From an uncultured Muribaculaceae bacterium (lineage in GTDB: Bacteria > Bacillota_I > Bacilli_A > RF39 > UBA660): a stretch of 56,863 bases of DNA. Made by a program: the position numbers and the translations under genes. The DNA is taken from positions 1 to 56,863 of the forward strand of contig CAYWED010000001.1 of NCBI GenBank assembly GCA_964457135.1, in the 5' to 3' direction. Below the pieces are notes generated by a model. That model was not told where the DNA came from. It worked only from the letters and a program-made list of their open reading frames with translations, and searched no databases. Shown here piece by piece: positions 27,788-37,181 of the stretch (positions within the stretch are counted from its first letter, which is position 1; each line of letters starts with the position of its first letter).

Positions 27788-28915
27788 TTACTCGATCTCT
27801 ATTTTTAGATTATTGATTTCTTCTTCTGTTAAGTCAAGATATTCATTAATTTCATCAAAACTTTTCCCTTTTTCAAGCATTTTCTTAGCTATTTCTATTG
27901 TTTTTCTCTTTTCTCCTTGAGAAAGGCCTTCTTCTTTTGCTTCTTTTAGGTGTCTTTTTTCTCTACTTCTTCTTAATTTCTCATCTGCTTCAAAATTTTG
28001 TATGTAATCTATTTGTTTAAAGCTTTCATAATTAGGATAGACTTTGCCTAAGATTGAATCTTCTTTTACTAACTCATATAGTTCTTCTTTGGTTAATTCA
28101 GTAAACTCGATAATTTCATCAATATCTTTAGCAGATTTCAACATTTTAAAGGCCATTTCCTTTGCTTTTCTTTGTTCTGCCTCTTCTATATGCCTTAGTT
28201 CTCTACTTCTTCTTAACTTTTCATCTGCTTCAAAGTTTTGTACGTAATCTAAATTCATAAATCTTCTACACTCCTTATATGCCTTTGTAAGAACTATATT
28301 TTCTTTTGATACTTCATACATTTCTTCTAATGTATTTGCACTTAAGAATTTCATCCAACTTACAAATCCACTTGGCACTTCTTTAAAATCTTCACAAACA
28401 TATTCAAGGTTTACTATCATTACACTGTATAGTTCAGGTAATATTTTATCGTTTATATCATTTTCGTTTGTTAGGAAATATCTTTGTATTAGTTTATTCT
28501 TCCTATGAGACTTAATTTCCATATTTTTCGTAAATGTTATTCCTGATACTTTCTTTGCTTCTTTGTAGTCTTCTCCTACTTTTAAACTTTTATATATTGA
28601 ACCTGCAAGATACATTGTATTTTTAATTTCTGAATCTTCATCGTATGTATTTTGCATTTCTAATACTATTTCTTCTCCAGTTGCAAATCTTATAAATATA
28701 TCCATTTCAAAATGTTTGTTTTCTACTGTTTCTTTGTTTAATTTAACACTGTTAGTTACTACTGCACCACTTAAACTACCTAGTTCTAAATCAAGAAGTC
28801 GTTCTAACATATCTGTTACAAATTCTATATTTTCCTGTACTCCAAATAAGTTTTTAAACATGATATCTCTATATGCTGGTAGAAATTTATTGTTATTATC
28901 CACTTTTGTTTTCAC
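27788..28915 (-). CDS. Rpn/YhgA-family PD-(D/E)XK recombination-promoting nuclease (putative transposase)
   Basis: 375 aa. The N-terminus ..YRDIMFKNLFG...FV.DMLE.LL.. followed by an E..D core is typical of this family. The C-terminal helical module is duplicated. Confidence 0.75.
   Translation of the reverse strand: MKTKVDNNNKFLPAYRDIMFKNLFGVQENIEFVTDMLERLLDLELGSLSGAVVTNSVKLNKETVENKHFEMDIFIRFATGEEIVLEMQNTYDEDSEIKNTMYLAGSIYKSLKVGEDYKEAKKVSGITFTKNMEIKSHRKNKLIQRYFLTNENDINDKILPELYSVMIVNLEYVCEDFKEVPSGFVSWMKFLSANTLEEMYEVSKENIVLTKAYKECRRFMNLDYVQNFEADEKLRRSRELRHIEEAEQRKAKEMAFKMLKSAKDIDEIIEFTELTKEELYELVKEDSILGKVYPNYESFKQIDYIQNFEADEKLRRSREKRHLKEAKEEGLSQGEKRKTIEIAKKMLEKGKSFDEINEYLDLTEEEINNLKIEIE
27961..28250. 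repeat. internal direct duplication within the Rpn gene (two 50-bp cores, 240 bp apart)
   Basis: 27961-28010 and 28201-28250 match at 46 of 50 positions. They encode DY(V/I)QNFEADEKLRRSRE twice. Confidence 0.85.
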
Positions 28916-29057
28916 CTCCTTCTAATTAACACTTTATCATATGTCCGCTAAAATGTAAACAAAAATATGTTTGAGGCAAAAAAACGGCACGAGTGAATCA
29001 TAATATATACAATTTTTATAATAATTATATATAAGAGTTAGATGCTATTTGTAATGC

Positions 29058-29089
29058 AAAAGAGAATATTCATGTTTATATTCTCTTTT
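29058..29089. repeat. hairpin element, copy 2; also the likely terminator of the galE remnant
   Basis: AAAAGAGAATAT, 8 nt, ATATTCTCTTTT (12-bp stem). It overlaps the galE stop codon at 29076-29078. Confidence 0.55.
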
Positions 29090-30073
29090 CATTTTTTAAT
29101 ATAAAATTATATGAATCACGACACATGTCTTCTATACTTTTTTCTGGCAACCAACTGAGTTCTTTTTGTGCTTTTGAAGAATCCGCATAACAGGAGGCTG
29201 CGTCCCCTGACCTTCTACTCGTAAAGTTATAATTTACTTTTACATTATTTACTTTTTCAAATGTTGTAACGAGTTCTAATACACTAATTCCTTTTCCAGT
29301 TCCTAAATTGTATATGTTTAATCCTTGTTTCTTATTTTCTAGTGCTTTTATGTGATCTTTTGCTAAGTCAACAACACGTATATAATCTCTTACACCTGTT
29401 CCATCTGGAGTATCATAATCGCTACCAAAAATGTTAAGGCAATCTAATTCTTTTGTTGCTACTCTTACGATGTAAGGCATTAGGTTATTTGGTACACCTT
29501 GTGGGTCTTCTCCTAATAGTCCATTTGTTTCAGAACCTAGGGGATTAAAGTATCTAAGTATTGTTATGTTCCATCCGTTACCTGAATTATATAAATCTTT
29601 AAGAATAGTTTCAATCATTAACTTTGTTGTACCATATGGATTTATTGTTGATAGTGGGGAATCTTCTGTTAGAGGAAGAGTCGCAGGAATACCATATACC
29701 GCTGCACTTGAAGAAAATACTATTTTTTTGCAATTAAATTCCTGCATTACTTTTATTTAAGTTAATTGTAGAATTTAAATTATTATCATAATATTTAATT
29801 GGTTTCTCAACTGATTCTCCTACAGCTTTATATCCTGCAAAGTGAATTACTGCATCTATTTTATTTTGCTCAAATATGTTTTTTAATGTGTTATAATCAC
29901 AAACATCTCCTTTTATAAAAGTGAATTTTTTTGTGATAATTGTTTTAATTTTTCTACAACTTCTATTTTCGAATTTGATAGATTATCAATTATTACAACT
30001 TCATAATCATTTCTTAATATTTCTTGTATGTCTACTAGTATATACTGTTCCACCTGTAATTAATAATTTTCAT
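29076..30073 (-). pseudogene. galE: UDP-glucose 4-epimerase GalE, disrupted by at least four frameshifts
   Basis: Only the C-terminal 223 aa is intact (..KKIVFSSSAAVYG..YGTTK..). Upstream GalE segments lie in other frames: MKI(L)ITGG, YEVVIIDNLSNS, FTFIKGDVCDYNTLKNIFEQNKIDAVIHFAGYKAVGESVEKP. The shifts occur at A/T homopolymers. Confidence 0.85.
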
Positions 30074-30084
30074 TGATTTCTCTT

Positions 30085-31971
30085 TTAATTTAAATTGTTA
30101 TCTCTTATATATTCTACTATAACATCTTCATATAAATTTTTAAATTCTTTTGTTTTATTTGAAATTTCATCTAGATACATTTTTGTTTCTATTAAATCTA
30201 CTGGTTTAACCCTTTTATAAATTAGCATATTTATATTGTTATTCATGTTAAATGTTTTTATTAGCTCAAATTTTCCTAACTGGACTAGTTCGTTAAATAC
30301 TTTATTGTAACTTTCTTCTATTGAAACTGGTTCAAAAGGTGAAGTAGTAATAATATAAGTAGCATCAAAAAGGTCTACTGGAAACATATGCGTTCCTAGT
30401 ATTGCTGAACCGTATGGAAGAAAATTACTTATCGTTTTGTCTGGCATATAAAAATTTCTAAATTTATCTGGATTGTGTGTATTATTATGAGTAATCATAT
30501 AAGCTTTGTTATTTTCATTTATGTTTTCTTTTAGCCATTTGCTTATTTTTTCTATTTGTTTGTAATCTTCTTCTTTTTTAGTTTTAAGTGGTACTTTTGC
30601 GAATAAGTTATTATTGTAATTAGAAAGGCCTAGTGAAAAATTAGTGATACAAATTATTATAGTAAACATACACAACAGTTTTTTCTTGCTTGTAAACGTT
30701 ATAAATAAGTATGTAAAATAGATATAAGTAGGGACTAAAAGTAATGAATGATGAAGTCCCATATTTTGAATACGTGTGAATAATAATATAATTAGGAAAT
30801 ATTCTAAGATAGAAAGAAATGTAAGTAGTCTATATTCTTTTTTCATTATTCCATATATTATGCCTATAATCATAAGAAGTGCTGGTAAATATCCAATGTG
30901 AGATATTTGACTTTTTAGTTCACTACTAAATCCACCTGTAAGATAATATGAATAGGCAAAACCAAAGTTACTTTTTATTACATTTAAGAAGAATGGAAAT
31001 ATAGTTATACTAAAAAATATTATTACTATTATTAGATATAGAAGTATATTTTTTAGTGCTTTTGTTAGATTTTTATCTTTTAAATTCTTGATTATAATCC
31101 AAAGTCCATAGCAAATATAGTATGAAAAAATAAAATATATATACCATCTTCTAGTAATTAACAACATAAATGTTAGTAGTAAAATATAGGATAACCTAGG
31201 TATTTCAAGTTTTTTAAAATCGTAATTTATAGTTAGTGATATTATTAAAAAGATGAATGAAAGACCATATAAGTCAGGTTGTCCATATATGAAACTAGTA
31301 TGTAGTAATGGAAAAAGAATTAAACTGATTAATGTGATTATGAAGATTTTTAATTTGTTATTAGGATTAAAAATAGTTTCAAATTTCTTTATTAAAAATG
31401 AAAATGATATTATGATATATGGAATAAAAGTAAATACACAACTTAATAGATATGAATTTATTGTCTTATTTGTAAAATTAAATATAAACTCGGGTATAAA
31501 TGTTAAGAAATTTCAATATTCTCCTGACCAAGTGCTCCCTAGAAAACTTTTTATTCCTTCTATTAGTCCATTACTAAAACTGACTCCTGTTAATGTTTGT
31601 AAATTGTAATAACATGAGAAGTCCCAATAATATATAAACTTTCTATTATATATGCTAATAATATAAAACATATAAATTAAAATAATTGATGCTATTATAA
31701 TTATTTTTTCCATTTTTGAAAAATCTATATTAAGCATTCGTTTAACTTGTTTATATATAATAATTAGAAAAATATTTAATGAAATACTTATAAATGGAAA
31801 AATCATATTATTTATTTTACAAATAGAAAAAACTAATGTTAATAATATTAAAGTTATTAACATTATTATTTCTTTTTTTGCATTAAAATTTTTGAATGCC
31901 ATCGTTATCTTCTTCATTATAACCTCTTTTGTATCCCATAATTTAAATTCTTCAAAAGACATTATGCACAC
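30085..31971 (-). pseudogene. 629-codon polytopic membrane protein (possible GT-C-type glycosyltransferase) interrupted by one in-frame TGA
   Basis: ORFs 31513-31971 and 30085-31167 are in the same frame. The 345 nt between them (31168-31512) is also open. The only stop is TGA at 31513-31515. Confidence 0.65.
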
Positions 31972-31996
31972 CTTTTTAAAGTGTATAATTTATATA

Positions 31997-32890
31997 CTAG
32001 TTAATCACAAGAAATTTCATTTTATATAATATTTTCTTAATTTTTCTTTTTAGGGTATCAGTTAATATATAGTTATAAACTTTTTCTTTTTTTACTTCTT
32101 TTAAGTATTCTTTTTTGTATTTTCCTTTTAAGTTTTTACTTCTTAGAAGAACTCCATTACTATAAAAACTTAATAAATATTCATCAGTTTCATTTTCTTT
32201 CGCTTTTTTGAAGAAGTATAGTGTATCCATTGCTTTTTTGAATTCTTTTTCTTCATTTGTATATGCAGTTATACTTGATTCATTTTCTCTATTGTATATA
32301 TATCCTGGATAGTTTATTGATGTTACTTTAGAAGCGTTGTTTATCATTATGGGAATAAGGCCAAAGTCTTCATGATATTTTCCAACGGTAAATTCATATT
32401 TATTCATATATTCTTTTTTGTATGCATAAAGCCATGCCATTTCAAATAATGTTTTTGATTCTATTAATGTTTTAAGAGCAGTGTGCCCATCTAAACTTTT
32501 GAATTCAATAGTATCGCTTACCACTTGCAACCCCATTTTAAGTTCTTCATATGAAAATTTGATTAAATCTTCATCAGTTATAATATCATTTAATTTTTGT
32601 AATAAATCTTTTTCTATTAAATCATCACTATCTAAAAATAGTATATAATCTCCAGTTGCGTATTTAACTCCTATGTTTCTAGTGTAACTTAAGCCATGAT
32701 TTGTTTGCTCTATAATTCTAATTTTTAAGTTTGATTTGTAATTTTCTAATATGTCTTTACTATTATCCGTAGAGCCATCATTAATTATTATAATTTCGTA
32801 ATATGTATATGTTTGACTTAAGACGCTTTCGATACAACAACTTAAATATTTTTCAGTGTTATATACAGGAATTATTATACTGAATTTCAT
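31997..32890 (-). CDS. glycosyltransferase family 2
   Basis: Start placed at the ATG at 32890, after RBS GGAGG. FSIIIPVYNTEKYLSCCIESVLSQTY..EIIIINDGSTDNS and a DSDD motif are present. Confidence 0.9.
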   Translation of the reverse strand: MKFSIIIPVYNTEKYLSCCIESVLSQTYTYYEIIIINDGSTDNSKDILENYKSNLKIRIIEQTNHGLSYTRNIGVKYATGDYILFLDSDDLIEKDLLQKLNDIITDEDLIKFSYEELKMGLQVVSDTIEFKSLDGHTALKTLIESKTLFEMAWLYAYKKEYMNKYEFTVGKYHEDFGLIPIMINNASKVTSINYPGYIYNRENESSITAYTNEEKEFKKAMDTLYFFKKAKENETDEYLLSFYSNGVLLRSKNLKGKYKKEYLKEVKKEKVYNYILTDTLKRKIKKILYKMKFLVIN

Positions 32891-32944
32891 ATTTGATTCC
32901 TCCAAAATTCAATTTTTTATTATTTTAACTTCATATTCTATTTA

Positions 32945-34249
32945 TTATTTTATACAAAATACTGAATAGATAGGAACTGATTTTATTTTAGATTTTGGAT
33001 TATATCCAAAATCTTTAGTACTTATTCTAATAGAATATTTGGGATTATATTTTTCTATATAGGTTTTCAAACTTTTTGATTGTGTATTATTATCAGCCTT
33101 TACTTCAATTGGTATTATTCCATCTTTTGTGTATATTAAAAAGTCAACTTCGCTAGTATATTCATTTTTCCAAAAATATAAACTATAGCCATTACAAACT
33201 AGTTGATTTGCTACATAGTTTTCAGCTATTACACCTTTGTAAAGTGATATATTGTCATTTAAAATATCATTTATGTTAAGTTTTAACATATTACATAATA
33301 CACCTATATCACTTAAATATAATTTAAATATGCCTTCTTCTATAAATCCTTCTAATGGTATTTCTGGTACTTTAACATTTTTACTTTTAAGTACCATTTT
33401 GCTTGCCTCTAGCCAATCAAGAGCTGTTTCATAATCTCTTAACCTTGCATTTTTTTCAATGTTGGAAAATTGAAATTTTTTTGAATTGTTTGACAATTGT
33501 GAAGGTAAAGAATTATAAATTCTCTTAATTTTTAAGTTTTCATTTTCACTTATAATATATTTTGCCATGTCATTGAAATATGATTCTAAAATATCATTTA
33601 ATATAGTAGTATCATATTTTATATAGTCTCTATTTATATTAATCATATTTAAAATACTTTCCGGCATTCCGCCTGTAACCATATATTCTCTATATAAATT
33701 TAATGCCTTTTCATGTAAAGGTGATGCTAATTGTTTGTTATTTTTATAACAGTCTGTAATGTAATCAATTAGCATTTTTTCATCCATAGCCATGAGAAAT
33801 TCTTCAAAATCCATCGGATACATTGTCAACATTTTTACTTTACCTACTGGAAATGATTCTTTTAATCGCTTTAATTTTACTCCAAGTAAAGAGCCCGCAC
33901 ATATTATTTTTATTTCGTTATGTTTTTCGCAATAATATTTGAGCTCGGCTATTAGTTTTGGTGACTCTTGGATTTCATCAATAAAAATAATTGTATTTTC
34001 TTTTTCTAAATCAAAGTTAATTAATAATTTTAATCTATTAAATTTTTCGTCAGAAGTTAAATTTGATTCATATAATTCAATTACATTTTTTTGTTCAAAT
34101 AAATTAATAGTTATATGATTTTCATATTCCCTATTACAAAATTCCTCAATAATATAAGTTTTTCCTGATTGTCTAACACCTAATACCATCAGTGGCTTTT
34201 TGTTATTTTCTTTCCATTCTAGTAATTGTTTGTATATTTTTCTTTCCAT
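32945..34249 (-). CDS. AAA+ ATPase with DUF4143-type C-terminal domain (COG1373 family), paralogue 1
   Basis: 434 aa. Walker A is GVRQSGKT and Walker B is IIFIDEIQ. The C-terminal half has the ...EVDF(L/V)I....IPIEVKA.. signature of a nuclease-like fold typical of this family. Confidence 0.8.
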   Translation of the reverse strand: MERKIYKQLLEWKENNKKPLMVLGVRQSGKTYIIEEFCNREYENHITINLFEQKNVIELYESNLTSDEKFNRLKLLINFDLEKENTIIFIDEIQESPKLIAELKYYCEKHNEIKIICAGSLLGVKLKRLKESFPVGKVKMLTMYPMDFEEFLMAMDEKMLIDYITDCYKNNKQLASPLHEKALNLYREYMVTGGMPESILNMININRDYIKYDTTILNDILESYFNDMAKYIISENENLKIKRIYNSLPSQLSNNSKKFQFSNIEKNARLRDYETALDWLEASKMVLKSKNVKVPEIPLEGFIEEGIFKLYLSDIGVLCNMLKLNINDILNDNISLYKGVIAENYVANQLVCNGYSLYFWKNEYTSEVDFLIYTKDGIIPIEVKADNNTQSKSLKTYIEKYNPKYSIRISTKDFGYNPKSKIKSVPIYSVFCIK

Positions 34250-34268
34250 TTACTATTCACCTATTTAA

Positions 34269-34297
34269 AATATAACATTTTCTTCTCTATTTTTCAA
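34269..34297 (-). promoter_or_regulatory. candidate promoter of ATPase paralogue 1
   Basis: On the minus strand: TTGAAA, 17 nt, TATATT, with an extended TG. It lies immediately downstream of the repeat array. Confidence 0.5.
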
Positions 34298-34300
34298 TAC

Positions 34301-34399
34301 TTTTCACATTTTTCAAAGAACTTTTTATATCTTATTTCACATTTTTTAAACGACTTTTTGTGTTCGATTTCACATTTTTCAAATGAATTTTGTGCTTTT
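34301..34399. repeat. three tandem 33-bp repeats upstream of ATPase paralogue 1
   Basis: Units start TTTCACATTTTT(C/T)AAA, with the CAC at 34305, 34338 and 34371 (exact 33-bp period). On the gene strand the core reads TTTGAAAAATGTGAAA. Confidence 0.85.
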
Positions 34400-34406
34400 A
34401 TAATAA

Positions 34407-35492
34407 TTATTCTTCATTTTCTATCAACTTATGAATTTTTGTTAATCTTTCTTTATTTAATTTTTTGTAGTCTATTTTTTTTGCTGTAGGTTTAGTTTTA
34501 ATAATTTGCTCGATATTTTTAGCCATTAGATTTATTTCTTTTGGTATTACAAATCCAGAACCTTTAGATAATTTATAATAATCATCTGTTATGTTTAAAG
34601 TTGAAAATACTACTTTATTTAGTATATTTGCTTCATTGAAAACGACTGGAAATCCTTCATAATTAGATGTTAATATTATATAATCGCTTGCTTTCATGTA
34701 TTTGTATGGATTTTTTTTACTTCCTAAAAGAATGATGTTTTTTCCTAAGTTATTTTCTTTTATGAAATCTTTACTTTTTTGATATTCTTCACCATTACCT
34801 ATAATCCATAGTTTTATATTTTTGTTTTTTGTTGTTAAAATTTTGAAGCATTCTAGTAGTCTTGATATTTTTTTTGATTCTTCATCAAGTCTTCCTACAA
34901 AAGAGAAAACTATGTCATTCTTACCTTTTTTTAAATTTATTTTTTCTTTACTTTTTTCTAGTATTTCTTTTATATTTACTATATTGTTAATTACTAATGC
35001 TTTATCTTTTAAATTTGGATAATATTCTAAGAAACCTTTTTTACTTTCATTTGATACAAAGATTATTTTTTTAAAATCTTTAATAAATCTTGTGTCAAAA
35101 AATTCCATAAATTCTTTTTTCTTATATAGATTTCTATAATTTGAGTGAATGTAAATTGCACTATTCTTACTACATATTAAAGATAGTTTAACTGATGAAT
35201 ATAAGTATGATGTGTAGGCACATGAAAAGTCATATTTGTCTTTATGTTTTTTTGTGAATATTAGTCTTCTTGTATAATTTATTGCTTTTCTTATTGGTGT
35301 TAATTTTAAAGATGAGAGTTTATGCTCGATTATTTTAACTTTTTTAGATAAGTCTTTTTTTAATGGACCTTCATTTTTCTCTAAGACTAATGTAGTATCA
35401 TAAGAGTCTACTAAGCTATTTAATAAATTAACTAAAGACTTCTCTATTCCACCAATACTCAAGTCTCTTGCAAAGAATATAATTTTTTTCAT
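34407..35492 (-). CDS. glycosyltransferase family 4
   Basis: 361 aa. It has SIGGIEKSL.., ..SNYEGFPVVFNEA.. (EX7E-type region) and the GT-B layout. Confidence 0.85.
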   Translation of the reverse strand: MKKIIFFARDLSIGGIEKSLVNLLNSLVDSYDTTLVLEKNEGPLKKDLSKKVKIIEHKLSSLKLTPIRKAINYTRRLIFTKKHKDKYDFSCAYTSYLYSSVKLSLICSKNSAIYIHSNYRNLYKKKEFMEFFDTRFIKDFKKIIFVSNESKKGFLEYYPNLKDKALVINNIVNIKEILEKSKEKINLKKGKNDIVFSFVGRLDEESKKISRLLECFKILTTKNKNIKLWIIGNGEEYQKSKDFIKENNLGKNIILLGSKKNPYKYMKASDYIILTSNYEGFPVVFNEANILNKVVFSTLNITDDYYKLSKGSGFVIPKEINLMAKNIEQIIKTKPTAKKIDYKKLNKERLTKIHKLIENEE

Positions 35493-35534
35493 ATGAACCC
35501 TCCTGGAGCTTAATTTGATTATATCAAAGAATAG

Positions 35535-35561
35535 AAAAAAACGCGAGATAATTTTCTCACG
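35535..35561 (-). terminator. rho-independent terminator inside the glycan locus
   Basis: On the minus strand: CGTGAGA-aaatta-TCTCGCG followed by T7. Confidence 0.7.
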
Positions 35562-35627
35562 AATATATAAATTTATCTATTTATATTTAATCTAATAATT
35601 TCTATGTTTTACTATGTTTAAAATCAA

Positions 35628-36761
35628 TTAACTGATTTTATTTATCTCTTCTAATAATTTCTGTGCTGTTATTTTCCATGTAAAATTATTTAATATTCTT
35701 TCTTGTAAGTTATTTTTCATAATTTCTATTTTCTCTTTATTATCTAAAAGACTTTTTAAGTTTTCCTTTAAAGATTCTTTATTCTCTTCCATTATTAATC
35801 CATATTTTGAATCGTTAATTACTTCTTTTGTTCCACCTCTGTCGGTTGCTATTACTGCACATCTCATTAAGCCAGATTCTAATATACTAGTTGGTAAGCC
35901 TTCGGGATACATTGATGGATGAATGAATATATCTATTTGGTTACATAAACTCATAACTTGCTCATAAGATATTTTCCCTTCAAAATGTATATTATTACTT
36001 TTATATTTAGCTTTATATTCTTCTAACTTAGGTCCATCTCCAGCTATGTAAAGTTCAAGAGTTTTGTAATCTTTACTTAATTCTACAATAGTGTCTAAGA
36101 GTAATTCTACTCCTTTTTCTTTTATTATTCTACCTATGTATGCTATATAAACTTTATTATCTTTTTTATTTTTTATATATTCTTGATTTTTAAATTTTTC
36201 ATATGCTTCTTCTGGAACTGAATTATATAAAACTCCTGAAGCTTCTATATTAAAATGTTTAAGCCAATTGTTGCATCTATTAGATACTCCATAAAATAAA
36301 GGATTATGCTTTTTTAATCTGTTAGTTAGGTAATGTTCGTATTTTTCTCCAAAAAAGTCTAACACTCTATTATTAATAGTGAAATGATTGCTTCCATGTT
36401 CAATAATAATTGGTATTTTTTTATGTTTAGAAGCAAGTTTAACACCTACTTGAGATGTTAGATAAAATCTTGTTTGACAAATATATGCGTCAAAATTTTT
36501 TTCTTCTATTTCTTTTATTATTTTTTTATATTTCTTATTAGGTTTTAAAATTGGATATCTATTTTTAAATAAATTAAATACTGGTAAGCGATATATTTCA
36601 TAGTTTTCTTTTTTTTCATAATCAGGATAATTATTGTCATTTGTTGTCACTATAGTTATTTCATTATGTAGTTTGGATAGTTCTTCTACTATTTTATCAG
36701 TGTATCTTTCAACACCACCTAAATGAGGTATAGCGTATCCCGAAAAAATACATATTTTCAT
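35628..36761 (-). CDS. glycosyltransferase family 4
   Basis: 377 aa. It has HLGGVERY.., ..PSMYPEGLPTSILESG.. and the GT-B layout. Confidence 0.85.
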   Translation of the reverse strand: MKICIFSGYAIPHLGGVERYTDKIVEELSKLHNEITIVTTNDNNYPDYEKKENYEIYRLPVFNLFKNRYPILKPNKKYKKIIKEIEEKNFDAYICQTRFYLTSQVGVKLASKHKKIPIIIEHGSNHFTINNRVLDFFGEKYEHYLTNRLKKHNPLFYGVSNRCNNWLKHFNIEASGVLYNSVPEEAYEKFKNQEYIKNKKDNKVYIAYIGRIIKEKGVELLLDTIVELSKDYKTLELYIAGDGPKLEEYKAKYKSNNIHFEGKISYEQVMSLCNQIDIFIHPSMYPEGLPTSILESGLMRCAVIATDRGGTKEVINDSKYGLIMEENKESLKENLKSLLDNKEKIEIMKNNLQERILNNFTWKITAQKLLEEINKIS

Positions 36762-37117
36762 TATTTTCCCCCTATATTTATTATAAAAATTCCGACTAAA
36801 ACAATTATCGTTCCTATTATTCCATATAATGTTACTGTTTCTTTTAATATAAATATAGATAATAGATATATACTTACAGAAGAAATTGCTGATACAATTG
36901 GCATAATATACGTTAAATCAAACTTTGGAAGAATAAGCATGTATATGCAAAAACTACATAAGTAACAAAACAATCCTATTATAGACATAAGACTTAACTT
37001 TATATTTAATACATTATTTGACATGTTTATTAAAAAGTCTTCGTTTGTTCCTTTTTTATATAATATTAATCCAGCAACTGTAAATATAAGATATATAATA
37101 ACCATTAAGTATTTCAT
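36761..37117 (-). CDS. small four-TM membrane protein (SMR/EamA-like; possible ArnE/F-type lipid-linked sugar flippase)
   Basis: Start placed at M29 of the ORF (MKYLMVIIY..), which avoids overlap with the upstream gene. About 118 aa and entirely hydrophobic. The stop overlaps the downstream ATG. Confidence 0.45.
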   Translation of the reverse strand: MKYLMVIIYLIFTVAGLILYKKGTNEDFLINMSNNVLNIKLSLMSIIGLFCYLCSFCIYMLILPKFDLTYIMPIVSAISSVSIYLLSIFILKETVTLYGIIGTIIVLVGIFIINIGGK

Positions 37118-37181
37118 ATATTTTTTCTTTCCTTTCTCTTTTTTATTATTTTTAATTTTTGAAATTGTTACTGTATTTAAA

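Noticed and set aside
31513-31515. The in-frame TGA could indicate a TGA-recoding organism (code 4 Trp or code 25 Gly) or selenocysteine.
   Set aside because: TGA clearly terminates other genes here: 13619-14776 (followed by an RBS and a new gene), 17142-18059 (GTGA coupling), 6949-8061 (ATGA coupling) and the 201-aa AbiEii fragment. Trp is encoded by TGG throughout. A polytopic membrane protein is an implausible selenoprotein, and I see no hairpin directly 3' of the TGA. A nonsense mutation is the economical reading.
31253-31609. A 118-aa plus-strand ORF in the apparent gap between two minus-strand membrane ORFs.
   Set aside because: The minus strand is open in-frame across this whole interval and encodes TM-helix-like sequence continuous with both neighbours. 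The plus-strand ORF is a shadow ORF in AT-rich DNA.
34301-34399. The periodic repeats at 34.3 kb, and likewise at 49.7-49.9 kb, could be a small CRISPR array.
   Set aside because: The whole period is only 30-33 bp, so the unique 'spacers' would be about 15 bp and are themselves partly conserved. There are only 3-5 units, no cas genes are in the window, and the units overlap promoter elements. They are better described as regulatory or iteron-like repeats.
34226-34489. An 87-aa plus-strand ORF with a striking periodic peptide (SHFSKNF / SHFLNDF / SHFSNEF).
   Set aside because: The periodicity is just the translation of the 33-bp DNA repeat. There is no RBS, and the ORF overlaps the 3' end of the GT4 gene on the other strand and the ATPase promoter.
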